Origin: a virus
DNA length: 64,000 bases
IMG/VR virus record: IMGVR_UViG_3300027969_003137
Coordinates: 1-64,000 of that record
Reading direction: 5' to 3' (one strand)
Part shown: positions 20,414-29,428 of the stretch, piece by piece
Layout of the letters: each line of letters begins with the position of its first letter
How positions within the stretch are numbered: position 1 is the first letter of the stretch
Position numbers and translations under genes: made by a program
The notes under the pieces: generated by a model
Databases searched by the model: none
What the model saw: the letters and a program-made list of their open reading frames with translations, nothing else
Told to the model about the DNA's origin: nothing

Positions 20414-21100
20414 ATGAAGAAAAGATTATTGATTCTAACTGGCCCACAGGGTTCGGGCAATCACTTGTGGAGTAAAGTATTCAGCGAAGACCCGTCGGTC
20501 AGAGGCTGGGAACAGTTAACCAAGTCCTATTGGGTAGGACACGGCGATGAACCTTTTGTTGATATCTGGGAAAATCCCAAATTATTTTCAAAGATTGACT
20601 GGGACCACGATCTGTATTTTACAAGTATAAGCTGTCCCTATATTCTAGAAGGAGGTCCTATACTTCCCAAAGATAAACCCTTGCGTATTCCTAAATATGA
20701 AGAATTTATCAAGGAAGCATCTCTAGCGGGATTTGAAGTAGTCTTGGTAGTTATAGGCCGAGATAAGAATATATTAGAATTTCAGCAATCGAGAGTTCGA
20801 AAACAATTTACACTACCTACATTTATTGACGTTATAAAAACTAAACTAGTAAACTATAATCCTTTTTTCATAAGTACAGAACAACTTTATCTCTACGAGA
20901 CGGTCTATTTAAATCATGTTTCTAAAATGTTAGACTGGCCTATTAATATTAGTCCTGAGAAACTACAAGATGCACTCAAAGATAACTCCAATCAAAAATA
21001 TCTAAGATCAGTTGACGAGTATTGGTTAGACGAGCTAATGGCCAATACAAAGAATGGCGGGGATGATAATCCTTATAAACATCATGCTAAGAATAATTAA
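20414..21100 (+). CDS. Sulfotransferase-like P-loop protein
   Basis: LILTGPQGSGNHLWSK and VIGRD motifs. Confidence 0.55.
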   Translation: MKKRLLILTGPQGSGNHLWSKVFSEDPSVRGWEQLTKSYWVGHGDEPFVDIWENPKLFSKIDWDHDLYFTSISCPYILEGGPILPKDKPLRIPKYEEFIKEASLAGFEVVLVVIGRDKNILEFQQSRVRKQFTLPTFIDVIKTKLVNYNPFFISTEQLYLYETVYLNHVSKMLDWPINISPEKLQDALKDNSNQKYLRSVDEYWLDELMANTKNGGDDNPYKHHAKNN

Positions 21101-21221
21101 GAGATTATTAAACAAATTCTGGATTTGGTCAACACGATATGAGTCTGATGTTGACTTTATGTTGCGCATGGAAAGAGAATATCAAAAATTAAGAGAGGAA
21201 AGACATGGAATTTCAAAATAA
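21084..21221 (+). CDS. Small basic protein (45 aa, MLRIIKRLLNKFWIW...), absent from the ORF track
   Basis: Bridges the 104-nt gap and overlaps both neighbours. Confidence 0.55.
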   Translation: MLRIIKRLLNKFWIWSTRYESDVDFMLRMEREYQKLREERHGISK

Positions 21222-21921
21222 ATCAGACTATCAAAGCAGTTGGGAATGGGCCAGGGCACACAGCAAATATCATTTTGACGACACCAAAAAAGATCAGTTA
21301 GGCGAATGGGTAAAACCGTTAGGCAGATTTGATGGAGACTGGTCAGCTGAAATGGCAGACGTGGTTGAGAAATCTAAGAACTGGACCGTGACATGGGCCA
21401 ATCGAAAGTTCTGGAGAAATGATGATTCTAAAGTTTCTGATATGCTTGAGCAGGAACACTACGATCTAAAAACTACAGGAGCACCTACTGACCTTGCAAT
21501 GTCCAATCGTTATGACTTTGTAGAAGAATATCCTACATTTAAAAAAATGTGCGATTATTTTGCCATGGAAGAAGAATATCATAAGCCTTGGGTGCATGTA
21601 CAGATACCCGGACAGATGTTCAATTTACATATAGATAAATTCTGGGACAAACTAAAAGACACAGATAAACCCGAGTCGATGTCGAGAATTGTGGTTATGT
21701 TAGACGACTGGCGTCCTGGACAGTTCTATCTGTACGGAACACATACATATAGTCATTGGCGAGCTGGCGACATACATGTATTCGATTGGCCGAATGTGCC
21801 CCATGCAACTGCTAACGCCAGTAGATTTCCAAGGCCTACGTTAGTTATCACCGGGTTAAATTCTGCTAGGACTAACGAACTATTGCAAAATTCAAACGAA
21901 ACCACAGTGCATAAAATATAA
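21205..21921 (+). CDS. 2OG-Fe(II)/AspH-like dioxygenase
   Basis: QIPGQMFNLHID...WRAGDIHVFDWPNVPHATANAS..PR. Confidence 0.75.
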   Translation: MEFQNKSDYQSSWEWARAHSKYHFDDTKKDQLGEWVKPLGRFDGDWSAEMADVVEKSKNWTVTWANRKFWRNDDSKVSDMLEQEHYDLKTTGAPTDLAMSNRYDFVEEYPTFKKMCDYFAMEEEYHKPWVHVQIPGQMFNLHIDKFWDKLKDTDKPESMSRIVVMLDDWRPGQFYLYGTHTYSHWRAGDIHVFDWPNVPHATANASRFPRPTLVITGLNSARTNELLQNSNETTVHKI

Positions 21922-21933
21922 GATATATAAAGC

Positions 21934-22491
21934 ATGGAACAAAAAAATTACATAGCAGAATATTTTACAAACTCTACAGATCCAACTAAAGAAGGATATT
22001 GGAGACCAAGATACCTCGACGGCAACCAAGAATCCCTAAAAGAATACGACGATATTGTGGCCGAAATTAAAGATGACGACATTGTAATAGATGTAGGCTG
22101 CGGCTATCACCCATTTAAGGGTCGTATTAAAAATCTAATAGGCATAGACAAATATAATCCCACTGCCGATGTAGTTGTCGATCTCTTAGACTATAATGCT
22201 CCAGAAAATCATTTTGACGTTGTTATTTCATTAGGTGCTACCAATTTAGATTCCTTTGAATTAATTTCACAGCAAATTGAAAGACTAGTCTATTGGTGTA
22301 AGCCGGGAGGTAAAATCTACATGCGAGTTAATCCTGTTTTAGAAGAAGTTGTATCTCCTAAAAAGCATGTTTGCAAATGGACCATAGATCACATTGCTGA
22401 ATATACTAGAAAACACAATTTAGAAATTATAAAACCAGTACGATTAACCAACGGCTTACGATACATATTCACATGGCAAAAGCAAAAGTAA
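21934..22491 (+). CDS. Class I SAM methyltransferase, paralogue of the 16348-17670 domains
   Basis: VIDVGCGYHPFK...GID...KPGGKIYMRVNP. Confidence 0.8.
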   Translation: MEQKNYIAEYFTNSTDPTKEGYWRPRYLDGNQESLKEYDDIVAEIKDDDIVIDVGCGYHPFKGRIKNLIGIDKYNPTADVVVDLLDYNAPENHFDVVISLGATNLDSFELISQQIERLVYWCKPGGKIYMRVNPVLEEVVSPKKHVCKWTIDHIAEYTRKHNLEIIKPVRLTNGLRYIFTWQKQK

Positions 22492-23207
22492 AAAGAATTT
22501 TTATCAGCGGAACCGCTGGTAGTCTGTGGAGCGGCGTTGATAAATACTTAAGGTATGCACTGTTAGGATTTGTAGACAATTCCGACATCAATGAATATCG
22601 TAATCAAGAAGGCCATCTTGGTGCTTACTGGAATCCCGGTAACGAACCTAGTTGGGACTGGATATTGAACTTTGCCGACTATGATCGAGATCACATAATA
22701 GAAACACTAGACAGTGCATATTCAAACCCAATACCCGATGCCAGCGAAAAAGAATTCATCATACGAACACACAAAAGCCATTTCTGGGCCTTGCATTATG
22801 ACAAGCTAGTTGATCTATTCCCCGACGACGATATTTTAATTTGTCGTACCCCACACCATAAAGCCTGGATATGGTGGCAAATCTGTGGCGGGCATAATAC
22901 TGAATTTAACGATTACAAATATTACAACAGAGACTACGAAGCTATTTGGCAAGAGATAGGTCTGCAACTTTCCTACACTGACAAATTTATTGAAAAACAT
23001 CAATTAGAAAAAGAACTATGGAACCGAAGTTTTATTGAAAAACATTTTATCAAAACTCCGCATCCTTTTCTTGATCGTAGAATCGAAGAGTTCATTAGGC
23101 ACCCAGAAAAAATTGATAGTCTGGCGGGGAGAGGCCAAGGGACACATCTAACAAACGAGACTAGAGTGATAGTGAAATTAGGCAATTATAGGCCATTTGA
23201 AAAATGA
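22473..23207 (+). CDS. Divergent sulfotransferase-like P-loop protein, copy A
   Basis: IFISGTAGSLWS, HKSH; paralogue of 26510-27244. Confidence 0.45.
   Translation: MAKAKVKRIFISGTAGSLWSGVDKYLRYALLGFVDNSDINEYRNQEGHLGAYWNPGNEPSWDWILNFADYDRDHIIETLDSAYSNPIPDASEKEFIIRTHKSHFWALHYDKLVDLFPDDDILICRTPHHKAWIWWQICGGHNTEFNDYKYYNRDYEAIWQEIGLQLSYTDKFIEKHQLEKELWNRSFIEKHFIKTPHPFLDRRIEEFIRHPEKIDSLAGRGQGTHLTNETRVIVKLGNYRPFEK
22680..22804 (+). repeat. 125-bp perfect direct repeat, copy 1
   Basis: Identical to 26717-26841. Confidence 0.9.
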
Positions 23208-23773
23208 GAATAAATTATTGGGTAGGATTGCCCCATTCTCTATATGTAGCACGAGACATATTAAAACAATGTCCAGACGTTAATACTCCAGTGCTACCTG
23301 TGTATAAACCGTTATACTGGGTTCATCATCTTATATTGGACGATACTAGCATAGTTAAATATGTTACTGACATATGGGAAACTGACAACAAAAAAGAATT
23401 CAATTTTGGATCAGATAACTTGGAAGACAATCAGAGCAACCCTCTCTTTACTCCTTTTATGGAAAAATTTCCATCAGGATCTAGATTTTGGTTTTTTAGA
23501 TTTAAAGATATAGCAGACTACGCAGACGCATACGACGATGCTCAAACTGATCCATTAATTAGAGATTGGGTAGTTGAAACGAAAAAGAAAATTCCAGGAT
23601 GGAAAAATTTAAGTCGTCAAGAAATTTTTAACAGGTTATATACACGTCTAGATAAAGTTGCTAGTATGGTCGGAGCAGATCCTAAATGGCGGGAATTTGA
23701 TCTATCCGTATATATGGACAATAAAATGCAACTAGAAACAAATTTAGAATATCGACTTTATTCTAAGCCTTGA
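23204..23773 (+). CDS. Hypothetical protein, paralogue of 27241-27819
   Basis: Shared MRxNYW, NTPxLP, GSRFWFF, RLDKVA, YRLYxKP. Confidence 0.75.
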   Translation: MRINYWVGLPHSLYVARDILKQCPDVNTPVLPVYKPLYWVHHLILDDTSIVKYVTDIWETDNKKEFNFGSDNLEDNQSNPLFTPFMEKFPSGSRFWFFRFKDIADYADAYDDAQTDPLIRDWVVETKKKIPGWKNLSRQEIFNRLYTRLDKVASMVGADPKWREFDLSVYMDNKMQLETNLEYRLYSKP

Positions 23774-24327
23774 CCTAGAATTGTATACATATGCGGACCT
23801 GGCTCTGTTTTGATCCTTACTGGCGATAACTCTATAGTTGGATTCAATGCCATGGATGTCCACAGATTATCTGCAATATGGTCTACACAAAAAGTTGATA
23901 CTTTTGCATCAATTGCATTTTTAATTGCTAATTCTTCAGGAATATTGGTATTCCAGTGCGAATGTGTAAATGCGGCATCAATGGCGCCAAACGCTGGATT
24001 TTCTTTTACAATGATAAACGATGCGCTATCACAATATTGAGCATATATCTGCTCAATAAACATTGAAATACGATATCCATAAAATATAACAACATCAAAC
24101 TCTAGCCCTGATACTTCTATAAAGTCGTTTACATGAAAATCTAATTCTTCAAATGTTGAATCATGATATCTTGCCACTCTAGATGTTGGAATATTGTTGT
24201 TGTGATTGTTTGCAAACTGTTTTAAAAATACGGTTTTTCCGGATTGATGATAAGCAGCTTCTAATGCATTGATTAGAAAATTTCGTGTACCCGAATTACC
24301 GGCTGTAAAAATGTATTTTGTAGGCAT
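23758..24327 (-). CDS. Hypothetical protein, possibly degenerate P-loop
   Basis: KYIFTAGNSGT N-terminus; start at ATG 24327 with GGAG SD and upstream TAAATA. Confidence 0.6.
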   Translation of the reverse strand: MPTKYIFTAGNSGTRNFLINALEAAYHQSGKTVFLKQFANNHNNNIPTSRVARYHDSTFEELDFHVNDFIEVSGLEFDVVIFYGYRISMFIEQIYAQYCDSASFIIVKENPAFGAIDAAFTHSHWNTNIPEELAIKNAIDAKVSTFCVDHIADNLWTSMALNPTIELSPVRIKTEPGPHMYTILGQGLE

Positions 24328-24395
24328 AAAAGTCTCCGTGGATCTTGTATCATTATTTATCCACGCAAACATAAACGAACTTAAATAGTACTATT

Positions 24396-25082
24396 ATGCA
24401 ATCTCAAAAACAACTTCTAATAACCTGTGGACCGCAAGGTTCTGGGAATCATATATTTGCTAGAATCTTTAGTATGCATCCAGATGTCAATGGATGGGAC
24501 GAACTTACGGAAAACTATTGGGTAGGTCATCAACGAGAAAAATTTGCAATGTATTGGTGGTACCCCCAATTAATGAAACCAGAAGTTTTCGATGACGGAC
24601 AATACTTTATTACAAACGTCAGTTATCCATATGTATTTGATGGATATAATATTAAACCAAAAATTTTAGAAGTTGCAAATATAGCCAAGAGCTGGGGCAT
24701 CGATGTACAGATCGCTGTAATTGCTCGAGATGAAAAAATATCTAGATTACAACAAGAACGGATAAGAAAAAAACCCACAATAGATTATGCTAAAGATTAT
24801 ATTATCAATACGTTGTTGGCTAGTGATTTTCCTGTAAACTTTATAAGTCTAGAAACATTTTTTTGTTATAAAACTAACTATCTAAAATATTTAGAAAAAA
24901 CTTTAAATTTTCCAATAGATCATACCAGCCCAGAAATTTTAAAATTCATCGACGATCAGAGCCCAAATGAAAAATATATAATTCCTGCTGAACCCTATCC
25001 TGGTGAGGAACTAAAAGGAGTAGAGGGCGAAGAGATCGATGAATTGTTTAGCCCCATGTCTAAAGGAAACAAAGATGATTAA
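24396..25082 (+). CDS. Sulfotransferase-like P-loop protein, paralogue of 20414-21100
   Basis: LITCGPQGSGNHIFAR, YWVGH, IARD; same length (228 aa). Confidence 0.55.
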   Translation: MQSQKQLLITCGPQGSGNHIFARIFSMHPDVNGWDELTENYWVGHQREKFAMYWWYPQLMKPEVFDDGQYFITNVSYPYVFDGYNIKPKILEVANIAKSWGIDVQIAVIARDEKISRLQQERIRKKPTIDYAKDYIINTLLASDFPVNFISLETFFCYKTNYLKYLEKTLNFPIDHTSPEILKFIDDQSPNEKYIIPAEPYPGEELKGVEGEEIDELFSPMSKGNKDD

Positions 25083-25593
25083 TTCAAATAAGATATATTT
25101 TATAACTTCACCGTTAGGACAATATAATGTCTGGTGTTTGGACAAGCTCAAAACACTGTTTCATTACGATGATAATAATAAGATTTATTTTAGATTCGGC
25201 TCGTTATCAAGACTAGACCTAGAACTGATGTACGATCACTATGATCGAATATCATTGATCATCAACGATCAAATTTCCAATTTTCATAATACAAACTTTT
25301 TTTATTATGGTTGGGAAATTTTGCCGTGTTTAGATGAACTCTACAGAGATTTTCCGGGGTCTGAATTTTTATTAGTCGTTAATAATTTAGATGATGATTC
25401 ATTTCAACTTGCAGCAAACAAAAAAAAGGGCAAGTTAAAAGATCCTGCATTTGTAGCTGCTGCCGAAGCAAATCAAAAGACAGCAATTAAAAATTTCATC
25501 AAGGGTAAAATTTACACAGATCGAGTTCGAGAGAGAAAATCTGAAAATGGGGCTGTTGAAAGATCTATTACTACCTACTATTTAAAAAATTAA
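25075..25593 (+). CDS. Hypothetical protein
   Basis: Coupled ORF with AAAGGA SD before ATG 25075. Confidence 0.65.
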   Translation: MINSNKIYFITSPLGQYNVWCLDKLKTLFHYDDNNKIYFRFGSLSRLDLELMYDHYDRISLIINDQISNFHNTNFFYYGWEILPCLDELYRDFPGSEFLLVVNNLDDDSFQLAANKKKGKLKDPAFVAAAEANQKTAIKNFIKGKIYTDRVRERKSENGAVERSITTYYLKN

Positions 25594-25594
25594 T

Positions 25595-26500
25595 ATGTAT
25601 CAAGACAAACTAATAGATGCCATGGCTCAAATTTATTTTAATATTAAAGATGAAGTATTTGAATCATATCTCGAAAGTTCTGGAATAGATTATATTGCAA
25701 TATCAGCTGGCATACCCGGCGGAAAAGATTGTTCGTTAAGATTAAAACAAAAATTCAACAGTAGAATACTGTTAGGAACTAGTAAACGATTTGACCAACG
25801 GGATGACTTTGATCCTCAATACATCAACACAATTATACAAGAACTCAAAGACCCGTCCTATCGATATATAGGCGAGTTGCATTTTACTCATGCCGACAAA
25901 GAAGATGGCGAAATAAATGATGAACTTGAAAGGCGTGTTAGTGCAGTATCGCCTAATACTAAAAAATTATTAGATCATATTTCTGCATATCAAGTACCTG
26001 TTTTTTTTCATTGGGAAGTGTTTCATTGGGAAAGAGATTGGCCAGAGATTAGTAAAATGTTAAAGTCTTATCCTAATTTAAAATTTGTTTGGCCGCACTG
26101 CGGGTTTGCTACCGTTGACCAAATAGATAAAGTACTATCAGAACATCCAAATGTTTATGCTACACTAAGTAAACGAGAATTAAAAAGATGGAAGAACTTG
26201 TGGATAGGACCCGATAATACAGATCTTGGGGGGTTTCAGATAGTTAATTCCGAATGGTGGGATAAAGTAGATAGTAATTCTATAGTAGACGACCATAACA
26301 AGATTAGACAAGAATGGGTCACACTAATTGATAAATTTCAAGATCGATTTTTATTTGCCACTGATGCCCATAAAACTTTAAGATGGAACAGCTACAACAA
26401 TATTGTGTTATGTTGGAGAAACATTCTTGGACAACTAGATGCAGATTTAGCCAAAAAAATATCCTATACCAATGCTGCAAAGCTATATAAGATATCATAA
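25595..26500 (+). CDS. Amidohydrolase-family TIM-barrel metalloprotein
   Basis: IGELH, PVFFHWE, WPHCG, RFLFATD, NAAKLY motifs. Confidence 0.8.
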   Translation: MYQDKLIDAMAQIYFNIKDEVFESYLESSGIDYIAISAGIPGGKDCSLRLKQKFNSRILLGTSKRFDQRDDFDPQYINTIIQELKDPSYRYIGELHFTHADKEDGEINDELERRVSAVSPNTKKLLDHISAYQVPVFFHWEVFHWERDWPEISKMLKSYPNLKFVWPHCGFATVDQIDKVLSEHPNVYATLSKRELKRWKNLWIGPDNTDLGGFQIVNSEWWDKVDSNSIVDDHNKIRQEWVTLIDKFQDRFLFATDAHKTLRWNSYNNIVLCWRNILGQLDADLAKKISYTNAAKLYKIS

Positions 26501-26509
26501 AGGAATAGC

Positions 26510-27244
26510 GTGACAAAGGCCAAAGTAAAAAGAATATTTGTGTGCGGTCCTCCGGGAGGCATGTTCTCAACCATAGATCGATACCTGCGTGTGGGATTGC
26601 TTCAACATGTTGACAATTCTGATATAACGCCCCAGAGATTCTGGGGCGGACATATTGGTGCTTACTGGCACCCGGGCAACGAACCTAGTTGGGACTGGAT
26701 ATTAAACTTCGGCGAATATGATCGAGATCACATAATAGAAACACTAGACAGTGCATATTCAAACCCAATACCCGATGCCAGCGAAAAAGAATTCATCATA
26801 CGAACACACAAAAGCCATTTCTGGGCCTTGCATTATGACAAAATTATAGAGTTATTTCCCGAAGCAGACATAATTACAACAATTATAGAACCGCATGTTG
26901 CTTTTATATGGTGGGAACTATGTGGTGGCCACGACACTGTACATAATAATTACAAATTTTTTCATAGGAACTATGAGGCTATCTGGCAAGAAATAAATGT
27001 ACAAACTACGGCAACAAAGAAATTTGTTGAAAAATATAATATTACTCCTGTCTATTATGATATGGATTTTCTTACAAAAAATTATGGGACTATGTCTATA
27101 CATTTAAAAAGAATGGCAGCAGAAGGCATGCGCCATCCGGGCGGATACAATCATTTTTTAGGGGGAATGGCAGATGGTACAGGGTTGAGCGATAATGTGA
27201 AAGTTGCCTTTAAACCGGGATGTCCTAGACAGTTTAATCTATGA
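26510..27244 (+). CDS. Divergent sulfotransferase-like P-loop protein, copy B
   Basis: IFVCGPPGGMFS; 244 aa, same length as copy A. Confidence 0.45.
   Translation: MTKAKVKRIFVCGPPGGMFSTIDRYLRVGLLQHVDNSDITPQRFWGGHIGAYWHPGNEPSWDWILNFGEYDRDHIIETLDSAYSNPIPDASEKEFIIRTHKSHFWALHYDKIIELFPEADIITTIIEPHVAFIWWELCGGHDTVHNNYKFFHRNYEAIWQEINVQTTATKKFVEKYNITPVYYDMDFLTKNYGTMSIHLKRMAAEGMRHPGGYNHFLGGMADGTGLSDNVKVAFKPGCPRQFNL
26717..26841 (+). repeat. 125-bp perfect direct repeat, copy 2
   Basis: Identical to 22680-22804. Confidence 0.9.
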
Positions 27245-27819
27245 GAATGAATTATTGGTTAGGCGGTGGGTACACTGCCCATATTCCTCGTGAAATCTTA
27301 GAAAAAAATGATAATACTATCAATACACCTATATTACCAACAGTTAGTCATCATTCTAGATTTGAATGGATATACAAATATATAGGCGAAAAGAAATCTG
27401 TAATTCCTGCATTAAAATTGATGTTTTATACTACTGATAAAGAAGAGTATAATCTCGGTACACATAGTCTTAATCTAGATGACGGTGATTTCTTTTTTAA
27501 ATATTGTCTACCTCATACTCCGCCTGGATCTAGATTTTGGTTTTTTAAATTGAAAACTGTTAAGTTATATTTAGAAGAATACGAAGACTCTCTAAAGAAT
27601 GTCACAATGACCGATTGGATGGAAGTTAAACGATTAGAAAATCCAAAATTAGCAACTGCCTCTAGAGAGAGGATGGCTGAGCTTATGCTCGAAAGATTGG
27701 ACAAAGTTGCTGATAGATACGGTGCTGGTGAGTGGAAACCGTTTACTCCCAATGACTATTTCGATAATGGGGATCTAAGTGAAACTCCCTTGTTATATCG
27801 ATTGTATACAAAACCTTAA
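27241..27819 (+). CDS. Hypothetical protein, paralogue of 23204-23773
   Basis: Shared motifs; same position behind the P-loop paralogue. Confidence 0.75.
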   Translation: MRMNYWLGGGYTAHIPREILEKNDNTINTPILPTVSHHSRFEWIYKYIGEKKSVIPALKLMFYTTDKEEYNLGTHSLNLDDGDFFFKYCLPHTPPGSRFWFFKLKTVKLYLEEYEDSLKNVTMTDWMEVKRLENPKLATASRERMAELMLERLDKVADRYGAGEWKPFTPNDYFDNGDLSETPLLYRLYTKP

Positions 27820-27844
27820 AATTTTACATTTGGTAGTCTAGTAC

Positions 27845-27873
27845 TTGCTATTTAATTATAGACCAACTATACT
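27845..27873 (+). promoter_or_regulatory. Sigma70-type promoter of the tRNA-like RNA
   Basis: TTGCTA-17-TATACT, with -10 ending 6 nt before the acceptor stem. Confidence 0.6.
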
Positions 27874-27879
27874 ATACTT

Positions 27880-27990
27880 GTGGTCGTGAGTGGAATTGGC
27901 AGACCTCCCGCTTGGCCCATAGCCAAGAGTGGGGACGGGACAAAGTCGTAGACAGAGTCTTTGTAGGTTCGAAACCTACCGACCATACCA
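27880..27990 (+). ncRNA. Atypical 111-nt tRNA-like RNA (Leu-type body, extended anticodon and variable arms)
   Basis: GTGGTCG/CGACCAT-A-CCA acceptor, GGAATTGGCAGAC D-loop, GTAGG-TTCGAAA-CCTAC T-arm. Confidence 0.8.
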
Positions 27991-28053
27991 GTTTTAAGCC
28001 CCTACAAGCAAGGTGGCTTATAAGTATTAGAACATAACTATAAGGAAACAATT

Positions 28054-28245
28054 ATGTCAACAACAGTAGAACAACTAAAAGCAGACTTCGAAGCATTCTT
28101 AGCAGAGGACGCAAAATTCACAGCTGGCAACGGTGCAGCAGGAACTCGTGCTCGCAAAGCTCTTCAAGAAGTTGCCAAGGGTGTTAAAGCTCGTCGCAAC
28201 GAAATCACAGAAGAAAAGAACGCTCGCAAAGAAGCCAAGGCCTAA
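28054..28245 (+). CDS. Small histone H1-like (Hc1-type) basic protein
   Basis: GNGAAGTRARKAL...R.EI..K motif; strong SD. Confidence 0.7.
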   Translation: MSTTVEQLKADFEAFLAEDAKFTAGNGAAGTRARKALQEVAKGVKARRNEITEEKNARKEAKA

Positions 28246-28249
28246 TAAA

Positions 28250-28756
28250 ATGAGCGATCAAGATTCTATAGTAGATCTTGGTGAAGACAGTGCCACTGCC
28301 ACAATTGATTGGGGTGGCACTGATACCATTACTCTTAGCCCAGGTACGTACGGAGTTGATTTAAGTAGCATGAGTACTATCACCCTACCAAGTCCTAGTA
28401 CTACTTTTACTTACAGCGGAATGGGTGCAACTGTTGGTGGCATTACTACTATTAATAATATCAACAGCAATAGTCAATGGACTACAGGAACAACAGGTTA
28501 TGCATATAACAATACTCTTACTCCTAACACAGTCAATATCAGTACCACAGGTATTGAAATGGCTGCTGGGACCGATATTACTGTTGGTGGGCAGAGTTTA
28601 AAAGAGTTCATGAAGAAGATGGAACAGAGACTTGCTATACTAGTACCTGATCCTGCAAAACTTGAAAAGTTTGAAGCACTTAAGAAAGCCTATGAACATT
28701 ACAAGACCATGGAAAGTCTTTGTTTCGATGAACCAATTGAAGAACCCGAGCAGTAA
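28250..28756 (+). CDS. Hypothetical protein, Thr-rich N-terminus
   Basis: Start reassigned to MSDQDS at 28250; C-terminal ERLAIL.PD...LK.AYEHYK helix. Confidence 0.75.
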   Translation: MSDQDSIVDLGEDSATATIDWGGTDTITLSPGTYGVDLSSMSTITLPSPSTTFTYSGMGATVGGITTINNINSNSQWTTGTTGYAYNNTLTPNTVNISTTGIEMAAGTDITVGGQSLKEFMKKMEQRLAILVPDPAKLEKFEALKKAYEHYKTMESLCFDEPIEEPEQ

Positions 28757-28762
28757 ATACAA

Positions 28763-29428
28763 ATGAATGTTAAACTTTTATCATACAGCCAACCCGCAGT
28801 CGAATTTCGAGATATGGGCATCGAAGATGCGCAGGAACTCATTGCGTATTGCGCCCGTGTCAGCAATCCTGCCAATCAACTCAACACAGACACATCCGAA
28901 AAACTCATCAGATACTTGGTCAAGCACCAACACTGGAGCCCACTTGAAATGGTCTCCGCCTGTATCGAAATCACCACCACCCGAGATATTGCCCGACAGA
29001 TCCTTAGACACAGAAGTTTCTCATTCCAAGAGTTCAGTCAGCGATATGCTGACCCTACTAAAGACCTGTCGTTTGTATGTAGAGAAGCACGGCTCCAAGA
29101 TCCAAAAAACAGACAGAACAGCGTCCCAGTCGATGATCAACTCTTACAAAATGAATGGTATCGTGCTCAACAACGAGTTATCTATGCTGCCAAACGAGAA
29201 TACGAATGGGCCATTGCCAACGGCATAGCCAAGGAACAGGCTCGTGCTGTGCTGCCGGAAGGTCTTACAGAAAGTCGCCTGTATATGAATGGCACACTGC
29301 GTTCATGGGTACACTTCATTGAACTACGTTCGGCCAATGGCACACAACTAGAGCATCAGGAAGTTGCTAAGGCCTGTGCCAAAGTAATTGCAGAAATATT
29401 TCCATTGGCAGAAAGTCTTGTCAAATGA
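28763..29428 (+). CDS. thyX: Flavin-dependent thymidylate synthase
   Basis: HWSPLE, RQILRHRSFSFQEFSQRY, EQARAVLP. Confidence 0.95.
   Translation: MNVKLLSYSQPAVEFRDMGIEDAQELIAYCARVSNPANQLNTDTSEKLIRYLVKHQHWSPLEMVSACIEITTTRDIARQILRHRSFSFQEFSQRYADPTKDLSFVCREARLQDPKNRQNSVPVDDQLLQNEWYRAQQRVIYAAKREYEWAIANGIAKEQARAVLPEGLTESRLYMNGTLRSWVHFIELRSANGTQLEHQEVAKACAKVIAEIFPLAESLVK

Noticed and set aside
27880-27990. Group I intron, tmRNA or selC
   Set aside because: The insert is only 10 nt, there is no tag ORF and no TCA anticodon; retained as an atypical tRNA-like RNA
28133-28249. N-terminal extension of the 207-aa ORF
   Set aside because: It overlaps the better supported histone-like gene; the true start is probably 28250
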